This document shows positions 50,848-63,674 of a stretch of 64,000 nucleotides of DNA, piece after piece. The DNA is from Octopus sinensis. Taxonomy: Eukaryota. Under the pieces are notes generated by a model. It was not told where the DNA came from. It searched no databases and saw nothing but the letters and a program-made list of their open reading frames with translations. The translations under genes were made by a program, and so were the position numbers. The stretch is from positions 43,710,001 through 43,774,000 of the forward strand of contig NC_042998.1 in assembly GCF_006345805.1 (NCBI RefSeq), in the 5' to 3' direction. Position 1 is the first letter of the stretch, and each line of letters starts with the position of its first letter.

Positions 50848-51182
50848 CGCGCATGGCTCAGTGGTTAGAGCGTTGAGCTTACGACCTTGAGGTTGTGAGC
50901 TCGAATCCCGGACCGGGCTGCGTGTTGTGTTCTTGAGCAAGACACTTTATTTCACGTTGCTCCAGTTCACTCAGCTTTAGAAATGAGTTGCGACGTCATA
51001 GGTGCCAAGCTGTATCGGCCCTTGCCTTTCCCTTGGATAACGCTGGTGGCGTGGAGAGGGGAGGCCGGTATGCATGGGTGTCTGCTGGTCTTCCATAAAA
51101 ACAATCTTGCCCGGACTTGTGCCTGGGAGGGTAACTTTCTAGGTGCAATCCCATGGTCTGTGTCGTGACCAAAGGGTGTCTC
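50848..51182 (+). mobile_element. SINE family C, full length, with 11-bp TSD
   Basis: aggttcgcgcg at 50841-50851 and 51183-51193; tRNA-like head with ACG anticodon-like loop and B-box gctcgaatccc. Confidence 0.93.
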
Positions 51183-52227
51183 AGGTTCGCGCGTATTACC
51201 TGTATATAGCGAATCAGATATTTAGTTAGAGATATTGGATGAGATTAAATGGTTTAAAGCTCTTCCTTCGTGATTAAAGGTTCACATTTCTTCAAGTTAA
51301 CGTAAAAGAGGCAACTATCACTGATCCTTCTCAACATTAGGCCATTTCTTTTGCACATATCCTATCATCTCTATAGAAAATAGAATTTTGCCGCAAGGTA
51401 AAGAAAGTTTTGCTTATAATGAACTGTGCTTTTGCATAAAATGCTGCAGACCTCCATTAGTTGTCAGCATGTGTGATCGTTACTCTAAGGGGATGATTCT
51501 ACTTTGTAAACTTAAAGACCATTCCTTCTATTAAAGGAAACTTCTTTCACGATGATAGTTTACTCTCATGAAACAAAGACAACCTGAATTACATGTGTGT
51601 AGGGAGAGAGAGAGAATGTGTGAGACTATGTGTACAAACACACGTAGGCACGCGTTCGTATACACACATACACACACATATATGCAAAAATGAGCTAAGT
51701 GCAATAACTCGAAGAAGTCAATGGTATGTATTTTGCCAGTACATCAAATAATACGCAACAAAAATTTTTGATCTCTTGAAATTATCTCCACCTTCGAAGA
51801 CATGTCATAATCACCAAGTGATAAGAATGAAAAGGGGAGGTAATCACATGATTCAAGTTTCTTTTAAAGTGACTTTCTATTGAGGAAAATATCATGCCCA
51901 GGAGAGTCGTGGATACATGTTTCTGACTCAAGCCTTCACCAGCACAGAATTTGCCGACTTTATCTTCAGCTGCCAAAGGAATTAGACTTGTATAAAACAG
52001 ATTAGAAACAGTTGTGGCCTACGTAGTTTTCATACTTCAAACAAAAATTATCTAAGAGAAGCAATTCAAAGTGGCTAATCGCATGTATTTGAATAACATA
52101 GACAACAAAAATTCATTTATTAAAACTACCTCCGCCTCCAGACGAAGCATCATAATTTGCAAATAGTAACTGTGAGCAACTTGATTTCAAGAGAAAAAAT
52201 TTCAAGAATCAGGTTTTCATCACAACC

Positions 52228-52403
52228 GACATGCCTTTAAGGGAAAAGACAGGCTTATTGCTTGGAGAAAGAAGAAAATTCGTGTGCACGTTTCAATCTT
52301 AGTAGCCTTCATCAGCAAGTTAATGTGACCAGAAACAGCATGTGTTCACGTCTGTCCTCTTAACTCAAGGAAAGAAGCCTGTCCTTTTCCTTAATGACAT
52401 GTC
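52228..52403. mobile_element. Old MITE-like/fold-back element with eroded HHR-like interior
   Basis: Imperfect 29-bp inverted ends 52228-52256 / 52375-52403; minus strand 52315-52287 reads CUGAUGA-A-GGCU..GAAACGU. Confidence 0.45.
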
Positions 52404-52542
52404 AGTTCGGGAGAAATACTTAAATACTGAGAGAATCTTCTATTCTGAAGCGGAGCTGGCCATAACTGCCATTTGGTAATTTGGATGTGTTTTCTAGAAG
52501 CGAAAGAAAATGGTATTAAATTATGTATTATTCCTGTATTAA

Positions 52543-52771
52543 GGCGGCAAAAACGTTAGCACGCCGGGCGAAATGCTTAGCGGTATTTCGTCTACCGCTA
52601 CGTTCTGAGTTCAAATTCCGCCTAGTTCGACTTTGCCTTTCATCCTTTCGGGGTCGATTAAGTAAGTACCAATTACGCTCTGGGGTCGATGTAATCGACT
52701 TAATCCGTTTGTCTGTCTTTGTTTGTCCCCTCTGTGTTTAGTCCCTTGTGGGTAGTAAAGAAATAGGTATT
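52543..52771 (+). mobile_element. SINE family A
   Basis: Near-consensus head, core and tail 1. Confidence 0.9.
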
Positions 52772-52867
52772 TAACACATTGGTTATTGTCCCTTTCTTTC
52801 TCTGTATATATATGTGTGTGTGCGTACGTGCGTGTGTATGTGTAGGTGCGCGCATGTGTGCACATTG

Positions 52868-52913
<46 letters not shown>

Positions 52914-53831
52914 CACTCCAAGTTAACCTTTATCTAAATATCTAAATTCACTATATATTACTTTAGTTTGCACTGTTGCTCATACGTATATTTATTATCT
53001 AAAATATTAACATAGCTATATTTATAGTAATACATCTTGTATCGCCATCATAATGGCAGAAATCGATCGTATCATAGACAATACAACACGTATAAGTTTT
53101 TCGTTTTCTCCAAATAACCTTATAGTTCATCCATGTACAGTTTTAAGTTTTATGAGCATTGACACAAAAATACAACAAAAAACACAAAATACTGTAATGG
53201 TTATTTCCGATTGGAATGAATTCAACATGTTTCTTTTTTAAAATTATCAATAGAATGTCTTTTTCTCAACCAGGCATTCTGATATATTTCATTACTAATA
53301 GCTACATGCATACTTTATTGACTAACTTGGAAAATGAGCTAAATATTCAAGGGGAATACATATCTAGTTTCAATTCTGTTCGCTTACAAATCGATAAAAG
53401 AATTGACAAGAACATTACATTAAGAGAAAGGCTAATAGGCATTAAGCCATTAATGTTTATATTTTTGTAGATGAATTCATGAATACGTTTCTCCGGAGTT
53501 TATTGCTCAACTATTACATTTTAATATGTATCTAGAGTAATTGCTATGTCCAGCTTATATTTTCATATCTAATGATTTTTCCTATTGTGGTATTATCTCA
53601 GTTCATTTTTATTACAAGATGGACTGAAATTATGGCCCCAGATGTGAGAAATAATTTTCTAATTTTCCCCTTTTGGAACTTTTCATATAATCTAGTGGTG
53701 TTTAAAATCTAAAAACAACTGAGAAGAGAAATTACTGCAGTACGGTGAATATAGCCAATGCAGATTAGAATGAATATGAATTTGGTCTTTTGAGCATATG
53801 CTGAATAAATCTCGGTTTTGTTAACCTTTTC

Positions 53832-53865
<34 letters not shown>

Positions 53866-54321
53866 AAACTGAGAAGGCTAAGAGAATGCGATATAATATG
53901 TAAATATAAAACCAATGTATTGTTACCGATTATGAATTTTAATAATATAATATAGATACGATAAAATATCTCGGGCAGGAGATTATACTGCATGTTAAAT
54001 AGAAGTACAATAGATTCTCTCATATATAATAGCGAGTTTAAAATGTTTAGATCAACTAAATTTACATAAAATTGGTAGGGTAAATGCCTCGCCGTAGTTA
54101 AAGCCTAAAAAACATGTAATTTGGATAGTCAGTAGATATTTTGGAAGATTAGAGACAGTGTAGATTGAGGGAACCTGATTTTACAAAGCATTTGGTGAAA
54201 GCAACGGACACGTTTCGATTTAATATACCCCCTCAAGAAAGAATATTTTCTGTAGCTGGTAATACTAAAAGAAATTAGTATATACAAGGGTAAAATGAAT
54301 GCAAATAATAAAGATGAGGAA

Positions 54322-54538
54322 GGCGGCGAGTTGGTAGAATCATTGACATGCCAGGCAAAATGCTTAGCCGGGCGAGATGCCTAGCGGTGTTTCGTCTGTC
54401 TTAACGTTCTGAGTTCAGATTCCGTCGAGGTCAACTTTGCCTTTCATCCTTTCGGGATCGATAAATTAAATACCAGTTGCGCACTGAAGTCGATCAAATC
54501 GACTGGCCCCTCTCCTCCAACATTTCTGGCCTTGATTA
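54322..54538 (+). mobile_element. SINE family A with tail 2
   Basis: ggcggcgagttggtagaatc..cctttcatcctttcgggatcgataaattaaataccag..ggccttgattatg, followed by (TATG)n. Confidence 0.85.
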
Positions 54539-55314
54539 TGTATGTATGTATGTATGTATGTATGTATGTATGTATGTATGTATGTATGTATGTATGTATG
54601 TATGTATGTATGTATGTATGTATGTATTTATGTGTGTATGTGTGTGTATACGTGCGTGTGTGTGTACGTGTGTGTGTGTGTGTGTGTATTATTTGTAATA
54701 TATAGAATATGTGTTTTGTTATGCGCATAATCTTCCGGTCCAGGCAGAAATTGTCTTACCCGAAACAGGTCCGTGGTGCAAAACTGATTGGGGACCATTA
54801 CGTTAGAGTACGAAGCAAAAAATGACTCAGAATGTAGTGAGATTTGAGCTTATGATTGAAACCTATCACAAATCATCTTGTGTGATACATTACTAATTAA
54901 AAACTCTAAACAGAAACCAATCTAGATGATTTCAGGACATGTCTTATTGATCAAGATATGCTAAGATTTGGTGCACGTGGTGTATTTATTTATCAGTAGT
55001 TTTCTAATTAATTTTCTGATGCTTATTTGTTGTTCACTAACTTGCCATTTATCCTCATTTAATTAATGACATTAATTATTGCAACAGCTCGTACTTCGAA
55101 AAATGCCGTAAATTTAGTAATTTACCTGAGCATTTTCTCATTACTTCTTTTTTATATTTATTCTATTTTTATTAATTAATTAATTTATTTTTGCTTTTAT
55201 GCATTTTGGTCTTTTCATGGATAAGGATAAAACCCAAACAATGTAAATGTTTACACCTACTTACCCATATACATTCATACCTACATACATGATATAACAG
55301 CCAATGTAGTTCAA

Positions 55315-55330
55315 CACACACACACATATA

Positions 55331-55387
<57 letters not shown>

Positions 55388-55570
55388 TATATATATGTGT
55401 ATGTATGTATGTATGTATGTATCTATCTATCTATCTATACACACATACACACACACACACATATATATATATACACCTGTACTCATATGTATATATGCAT
55501 GCACGTATGTTTATATATATGTATGTGTGTGTGTTTGTGTGTGAGTGTGTGTGCTTGTTCATATATATGT
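55315..55570. repeat. Compound (AT)/(TATG)/(GT) microsatellite
   Basis: Direct reading. Confidence 0.9.
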
Positions 55571-56865
55571 GTGTGCCTGTGAGTACTTTGTAAGGTCGGA
55601 GAAAATCACATTCAGAGCGATGTTTCTCCAAGAGCAGTGCCATCGGCGAGTTTCCAGAAAAGAAAGAAACATTATAAAAAGCATATAAAATGCTTATGTA
55701 ATATTGTATTATTTGTTTACAAAATAAATATAAGATAATATAAGAATGGCGGTACCCCAGCATGGCCACAGCTCATGAGCTGAAACTAGAAGAGAAAGAG
55801 AAAAATTTAAAAAATATACATTTTATTATATTCATTATATATTGTTTCCGGTATAAATTAATATTACTAAGAAATATTACCTGTCCCTGAAACATTGGAA
55901 AAAAATCTCCCGGTAATCCACATCAGATAGTTTGAAAAGCAGTCCTACAGTATTCAAAAATTCATTGGAAAGTTTTTATGTATGAATACTGTTTAGTTTA
56001 CAATTAATATGGACGTTAGTTAGAGAAACCAGTAGCTAGGCGAGGATATTCGATACTTCATTTAGGTGTTTTCCACTATATTCTTTATAATTCATAATTC
56101 TAGCTTTCATGGTTGATACAGTTAGTTAATGCCTGGCTTTTACTATTGTCGAGACAATAGACTATGTTATTCTCTGTAAATATCTGCGTTTTGTGGTTAT
56201 GAAGGCAATCAGTACATTACAGAATTCTATATATTACACATATGCATATTTCACATTCCTTTTAAATCGAACGTGTTTGTGTATATATATGTTTACACAC
56301 ACATATACGTGTGTAAGTATGTGTGCGCATGAGTGTGTTTGTGTGTATTTGTATATTTGCTTGTATAATGATATCTGAGTTTCAAAACTTCTGCGTTTAG
56401 AATGTAGGGCCGATTAGATTAAGAATAGCCTATACACACATACACACGCACACAAACACATACATACACACACACATACACGGAATGATAAAATAAGAGT
56501 AAAGACATCCAGAAACTTATGTTTTCAAAATCATCCCAGCAACAACAAAAGTCGACAAAATCAAATAGTATGCAGGCTGTCTTTAATTAAAAATATTATT
56601 TACAAAGTTGTAGCAAGTGATTATGAATAGGTGTCTCCTTGTACACGTGTATACACTGTTGTTATGCAAATACTTTGCTTGAACTAAATATTTAAAACTG
56701 GACTTCATAGTCTTTTCGTTACTAATCATGTTTACGTCTCACCTCTTAAATTAGAAATGTGCTCTTAAGCAACCTTCTCCTGAACAGGCAATTTCAAATC
56801 AACTTACGTTGCGCGCGAAACAGATGTAGAGTTAGTTGGGTACAGTGTACTTAATTTTAAATAAT

Positions 56866-57150
56866 AACAAGTGCACTCAGAGAGCGCAAACCTCCGCCAT
56901 GGCAACACTAACGCCCTCTCAACGATTAGCGGGAGATGATTATAAAAATAAGAATATCTGAAATAAACTCGACCGCTCTCACAAACGAGAATACTAAAAA
57001 TGAATCCGACCGCTCTCAAAAATAAGTAAAAATAACAGGAAAAATAATCCAGAATCCTTGTCGTGTACTGGATCGATCCTCAAATCTAATCAATTCGTGC
57101 CAGTCACGAGACCAAACATCCTTGAAAATTTCATTCGAATCCACCCACTC
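56866..57150 (+). mobile_element. Helentron-associated (HINE-like) non-autonomous element, 5' part
   Basis: Starts aacaagtgcactcagagagcgcaaacctccgcca; later atccagaatcc..caaatctaatc..gaaaatttcattcgaatcc, which I recall as typical of HINE-type repeats; no 3' hairpin found. Confidence 0.35.
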
Positions 57151-57769
57151 ATCAGGTAGCTGTTTATTTATATAGGTCGAGCATGGGCAATCATCCTTGA
57201 GAAACGAAGGCACTATCATAATTATTAGAGGTGGTTTATTATTTCATTAGGTTTGCGATTCAGAAGATTCCACGATCTGCACTTTGCCATAATAAGTTGA
57301 TGCAACCACGCTAATTGTCGGAATATGGCACGACATTTTTTATTGAATGTTTATATCTAAATAAATACCGATTAGACTGTAATAATTAAATTTTTATCTT
57401 TCTCTTTTCTTTTTAATTTTCTTTTTTCTTTTATTTTCTCTTTTGTTTTCTTTCTTTCTACATCTCACTCATTTCCTATCATTTAGACCCAACAGCAGTG
57501 ATGTATATAAACATATCACAAACATCAGTATACGCGTTATGGAGGATTCTGCTGCTCAGTTTTACGTTACCTTATGAAGCAAAAACCGAATTGTTCTTAT
57601 CTAAAAAAAACATGACAGTAAATTTACTGCCATATCACATTGAACAAAGCTAATTTTATCTTTCATTTTTTTTTGTCTAGCCATCTCGGTATAGTCCAGT
57701 GCTTCTGGTTCTCATGCTCTGACTTTCTGTATCTCCCCCTCTCTCGGTCTCTCCTATTACCATCTCTTA

Positions 57770-57889
<120 letters not shown>

Positions 57890-57908
57890 CTCTTTTTCTT
57901 TCTGTATA

Positions 57909-58399
57909 AGCGTAGGCGTGATTGTGTAGTAAGAAGTTAGCTTCACAGCCACATGGTTCCAGGCTTAGTCTCACTGCGTGGCACATTGGGCAAGTGTCTT
58001 CTTTAGCCTCGGGTTGACCAAAACCTCGTCAGTGGATTTGGTAGGCAGAAACTGAAAGAAGCTCATCATATATATATATATATAATATATACATATATAT
58101 ATCCTTCGAAACGTTTAGTAGATGAAACCTTAGCGACTGAAGAAGGGGATTTTTCGTTGTGCTTATTGTCCTGTATCTCTTTTTTTGCTTGTCTTGTTCC
58201 TTGGTTTGTGTCTATGTTTTTCGTCTCTCTATGTGTTCGACGTCTTTTTGGTGTCCTGTACACATATATGCGTGTATATGTACATGTAGAGGTAGGTACG
58301 TACATATATGTTTATATATATGCATATGTTCTATTTTATTAACATATATATATATATATTATATATATGTGTGTGTGTGTGTGTGTGGTGTGTGTGTGT

Positions 58400-58431
<32 letters not shown>

Positions 58432-58630
58432 GTGTGTGTGTGTGTGTGTGTGTGTTTGCGTGTCTGTGTTTGTCCCTCCACCATCGCTTGTCAACCGATA
58501 TCGGTGTGCTTACAAACCTGTAACTTCGGAAAAAGTGACTTATAGAGTAAGTACTAAGCTTACAAAGAATACGTCCTGGGTCGATTTATTCGACTAAAGG
58601 CGGTGCTCCAGCATAGCCACAGTCAAATGA
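57909..58630 (+). mobile_element. SINE family B split by an insertion in its central microsatellite
   Basis: 5' half 57909-58068 and 3' half ~58455-58630. Confidence 0.85.
58100..58330 (+). mobile_element. (AT)n-embedded mini-element with permuted HHR-like motifs
   Basis: ccttcGAAACGTT (58108) precedes CTGAAGAagggg (58137); nested inside SINE B. Confidence 0.4.
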
Positions 58631-58667
58631 CTGAAACAAGTAAAAGAAAATATGTGTGTGATTGTGG

Positions 58668-58713
<46 letters not shown>

Positions 58714-58848
58714 CCAAGAAGAAAGCATTCTTCTTGCTTTCTTCTTGGTTAATTTTATGGTTAACACCATAAAAAATTCTGGTGCATCTAAGTTAAGTAC
58801 CATATTCTTTTGAATCTAAATTGTTTTGTTGAAATTTTATATATATAT

Positions 58849-59144
58849 TACGGAGGTGTACTCGCATAGCAAGTGATTTGATATGAGATCGTGTGCTGGA
58901 ATGAAAACAATTGCAGCGTGGAAGGTGTTTGTAGGCCATTTAAGAAACACACAAAAGCCGCTCGATTCACTTCAACATTTAAGTTTAATTTGTGAAGATG
59001 CAGCACGGATTTTTGTCAGTCAACAGGTCGCGGATTTTAGCGACGAAAATATTTTGACAATTAAACTTAAATGTTGAAGTGAATCGAACGGCTTTTGTGT
59101 GTTTCTTAAATGGCTTACAAACACCTTCCACGCTGCAATTGTTT
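58849..59144. mobile_element. Fold-back mini-element between (AT)n tracts
   Basis: ~88-bp inverted arms 58905-58993 / 59057-59144 (2 mismatches, 1 indel) and a 56-nt one-sided extension at 58849-58904. Confidence 0.88.
59013..59060 (+). ncRNA. Hammerhead-topology RNA with G3/C8-swapped core
   Basis: UUGUCA-GUCAACA-G-GUCGC(8 nt)GCGAC-GAA-AAUAUU-U-UGACAA: perfect 6-bp helix I, 5-bp helix II, palindromic helix III; position 5 is C in this copy. Confidence 0.55.
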
Positions 59145-59221
<77 letters not shown>

Positions 59222-59454
59222 GTGCGTATTTGTGCGTGTCAGTGTGTATGTATATATATATATATATATATACACAAAGTATGAGCGTTTAGTTCACAGG
59301 TGATCTCAACGATTAGGTACACTAGGTAAGTGCGGTGTAATGGAATCCTATGCTCCAAGGTTATAGCCGAGACGGTAGTTATGAAGCCATTGCAATATTT
59401 CGTGTGTGTATGAGTGTGTGCGCGTGTTCATGTGTGTGCATGAATATGTGTGCG

Positions 59455-59650
59455 TTTTCGTATCTGTGTTTGTCCCCAACTGCTACTGATGGTTTGTTTA
59501 CGAAAAGAGACCAATAGAATAAATTCCAAACTAAGAAATAGTTGTGCTAAGAATAGGTATTTGGATCGAATTTTTCGACTAAAAAATTTTCAAGGCTGTG
59601 CTGCAGTATGGCCGCAGTCTAATGACTGAAACAAGTAAAAGATAAAAGAT
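59455..59650 (+). mobile_element. SINE family B, eroded 3' half
   Basis: tgtttgtcccc..gtatggccgcagtctaatgactgaaacaagtaaaagataaaag. Confidence 0.65.
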
Positions 59651-60278
59651 AGAAGAATTGTGTTGTATGTGTATGTGTGTATGTGCGTGTGTGTGTGTGT
59701 TGTATGTAATCTGTCTATTTGTGTTTGTGTGAATATGTGTGATAGCGTATGAGTGCTTGTGTGAATGTGTGTGTGCCTATTTGTATGTGTATTGCGTGTG
59801 TAATCTGTATGTATTCAAATACTCATTTCTTATACACGTGAAAATTTGTGCCGTTCGACATGCGTTAGATCACATTATAGAGGATTAATCTAATCTTGTT
59901 GGCGATTAGACAGATCAAATTGATGATAGACTCTGGTCATGTGGCTAACAGCTCGGGACGTCCGCTAAACATTTTTGTTTGAAGTAATTTGTATAATTTC
60001 TCTACGGTTGTCCTAAATTTTATGTTGAATCTCTTAATTATAAACTTAATAGTTCCAAAATAACATTTCTATTATTCATGAGCGTACATAGATGCCATCA
60101 TCCATACATTCATACAATATCTATTGATATTTTTTGTTATCTTCTCTTTTGCTACCAACTCTTTCTTCAGCTGTATATTGTATATGTGGTGGCTCTGCAT
60201 TAATGTGCATCTATTGGAAATGTAAAGCGAGTAATCGTATAGTGAAAATTTAACCCTTTTACACCTAAAAGCAGAGAA

Positions 60279-60722
60279 AGGCGCAGGCAAGATGTATGGT
60301 AAGAAGCTTGCTTCGCAATCACATAGTACCGGGTTCAGTTCCACTGCGTAGCACCCATAGTACCGGGTTCAGTTCCACTGCGTAGCACCTTAGGCAAGTG
60401 TCTTCTACCATAGTCTCAGGCCGAGCAATGCCTTGTTGCCTTGTGAGTAGATCTGATAGACGGAAACTGAAGACCGTCGTATGTGTGTGTGTTTCTGTGT
60501 GTGTGTGTGTGTGTGTCCTTGCTTGTCCCCACCACCGCTTGACAAGCGGTGATGGTATGTGTTCACGTCAGTCACCGTATAATGGCGGTTCGGCGAAAGA
60601 GAACGATAGAATAAGAACTAGGTTTTCAAAAAAAAAAATCTTGAGATCGATTTTTTCGGCTAAAACATTCAAGGCGTCACCCCAGAATGGCTGCAGTGAA
60701 ATGACTGAAACAAGTCAATTAT
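60279..60722 (+). mobile_element. SINE family B with 34-bp tandem duplication in the head
   Basis: catagtaccgggttcagttccactgcgtagcacc at 60322-60355 and 60356-60389. Confidence 0.88.
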
Positions 60723-61929
60723 AAAATATATATACAATCAAAATTCCATTGCTCTTAACTGAAGAAAACAGTTTTGTATAGTAAATCTAACATTTGTTGA
60801 GGAATATCATGCTTAAAACTATTTTTTCGTTGAGATATGTCAAGTTTACTGAAGCAACGTGACTTACAGATAATACCAATTCTAGTTCTTTGGTAGACAG
60901 TTAACATCATTAGTGGAATAATCATGAAATTTAATCTCGCATTTAAAGGGCTAATGTAGTCATAAGAAAAATTTGGTAGCGTCTTTCAATAAGAGAACTG
61001 AATAACTTTATTTTTCATACTTGACTGATTGATGCCCACAAACCCAACTAAAAGACTATAATATCACAGTTATTTTAAGTGCTGAAGACTTTTACAAGTA
61101 TATTGAATTTAGTTAATATCTATAACGATATCTAAAGGGTGCAAAATTTTCATTTCTAACCAGGAATATGCTGAAGGTCAACTATAGATTTATTTAATAA
61201 AATTCATATTGCAGACTGGTACCTGGTGCAGTTGTAATATTGAAGTTATCACAAGTTATTGACTTCGAGAATCGTCATAAAAGTATAATAAATAGTATGG
61301 AGAATTTGAGCAAGCACCGAATCTCTACATTTTGACTTGAGATTATGTGGAGGTCATTTTGCTTTTCACCTCACCTGAATTAGTGAAACAATGAACAAGA
61401 TATATACTGGAATCAATTTAGTTAACTATCAGCATCCACCAAAAGTTTATACCATTGTTCTGAACATTAAAAGAAAACAATCAAAAGGGATGTATGAAAA
61501 ATAATTTCTTTATAGATAACATGTTTTTTCGCGTTCAGGAAAGCAAATTATTATACGTGATACATTGTATCGTATTTGTACGTAGATCATAGAAACTATT
61601 TAAAGCTGAAACACCTGGGAGGCTAAAATACTTATTTTTCTAAAGGTAGGGTTATATATTCATGCTAAAATAAGAGATTTATGTAGATATCAAACAAAAT
61701 ATTTGATATGCACATAAAGAAATTAAGAATGAATGGTTGTAAAATCGTATTTGAAAAGATGCTGAAACTGTTGATGCAAATCGATATTTTCAATCCTGTT
61801 ACTCATACACATATCCGACAAAAGGTACACCAAATAGGAGACACATACATCCACACGCACATACACACACACGAGTGTATGTGGATATATGTATGCATAA
61901 ATATGTAAGCATTTGTTAATAAATATACA

Positions 61930-61942
61930 CACGCACATATAC

Positions 61943-62016
<74 letters not shown>

Positions 62017-62105
62017 GTATCTATCTACCTATCTATCTATCTATCCATCTATCTATCTATTTATCTATCTATCTATATATCTATCTATTTATGTATCTAT
62101 CTAAG
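61930..62105. repeat. (TCTA)n microsatellite
   Basis: Direct reading. Confidence 0.95.
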
Positions 62106-62949
62106 TATCTGTCTCTCTGCATACATTTTACATATACATCTATCTATCAATAGTGTGTGTGTGTGTGTGATTCATTTAGTTTACCGTCTATTCAGAAAGA
62201 AGAACATTTGGATTTGTAATGAGTGTAATACACTTCCATATGTCTACTTTGTAGAGCAGATTACACCGCAACGAAAAAAAAAAGTCCCAAAACCAATAAC
62301 TATCTCATCTATATGTTGGAATAATATTTGATTTATTTGCATTGGAAATATAAACTGCAGGAAAAAAAGAAGAAACCGCTCTTAATTTCCACCTTCTGAA
62401 AATAATTTTATTAAACATTCCATTTCACTTGTATAATTCAAGCTGAATATATTGCTGGTCCCATTGATTTTTTTCCTTGATAGAACGCGGCTTCATCCTC
62501 AAATTTTAGTGGTGGTCTCTTTACGATGCATAATTCTACTTGTATCTTCAAGTCTTATTCCTTAGATCAAATACAGTTTTTAGATGAATCTCCCTGAGAC
62601 AACTTGGAAAAATTCCAATTAATAGTACAAGAAATAAAACGTATTATTGTCATAATCTGACAATGATTGAAAGAAATATATATCAATGCGTTTCTAGCAA
62701 TCGATTCTATCATATTTGCTAAGGACAATCCCGGTAGATTTAATGTATGAACATCTCTTCATGTACTACTTCTTTCATACTGTTAGCAGGGAAATTAGGT
62801 CTTGGATGCATGTTAGAATGCATCGTTTGTAAATCTGGCAGTTTGGTTACGTGAAACTAAAAATGTATCAATTTTATAAGCTGAAAAATAAAATGACTGT
62901 GACTCTGCAAATATCCCACTCAACATACACCTACTGCGTGTAAATATAT

Positions 62950-63045
62950 ATGCATACATACACACACACATATACATACATACATACATACATACATACA
63001 TACATACATACATACATACATACATACATACATACATACGGATAG
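62950..63045. repeat. (CATA)n microsatellite
   Basis: Direct reading. Confidence 0.95.
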
Positions 63046-63496
63046 AGAGAGACATATAAGAAGGCTGACCACTAAGAAAAGATTGTTCTCAAGAAATTTA
63101 AGTTTAAATACAGATAACTTTCTTTATTGGCCACACGAGGCTGAACACAGAAGGGACAAATACAAATGTAGAACTTTTCTTTTCGAAGATGGAAAAAGAA
63201 AAAGGAAAAAAGGAAACAAATGTAAAATTCCGATCAAAAGGGATCGGAAAAAAAAGGCAATCAAAAGGGATCGTGTATCACCGGAAGAAATTTTTTTTTT
63301 AAGTAAGAAATAAGATTAGGTTCATCCGTGGAAAGAAAAACCTACAGAAAAGACCACGATAACCTCAGGCAGGGAGGAAATAAACACATGAGAGCAAGGT
63401 GCTCTCTCTCTCTCTCTCTTTTTTACGATTTACAGGATCATGCTCAAAGTGGTTTCGTTACTCGCACGCACCATCTTTGCTACATTCACCCACCTT

Positions 63497-63615
63497 TTTT
63501 TGAAACTTTCACGAGACAAAACCTGCCTCTTCATTCTCACCTTCCTTTACAAGTGGTACTGGAAAAGGAAGGTGAGAATGGTTAGGCAGGTTTTGTCTCT
63601 TGAAAGTTTCAAAAA
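63497..63615. repeat. Hairpin with 58-bp stem and 3-nt loop
   Basis: Arms 63497-63554 and 63558-63615, 6 mismatches. Confidence 0.9.
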
Positions 63616-63639
63616 CGAAAAAAAAGATAGATAGATAGA

Positions 63640-63674
<35 letters not shown>

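Noticed and set aside
50848-50925. tRNA gene (also the heads at 28260-28331, 42430-42500 and 19854-19920)
   Set aside because: These have A/B boxes but no proper acceptor stem, and they run directly into SINE bodies.
54200-54240. HHR-like UUGAGGG..GAAACGUGUC on the minus strand
   Set aside because: Two core changes and no helix I pairing; it cannot be distinguished from chance.
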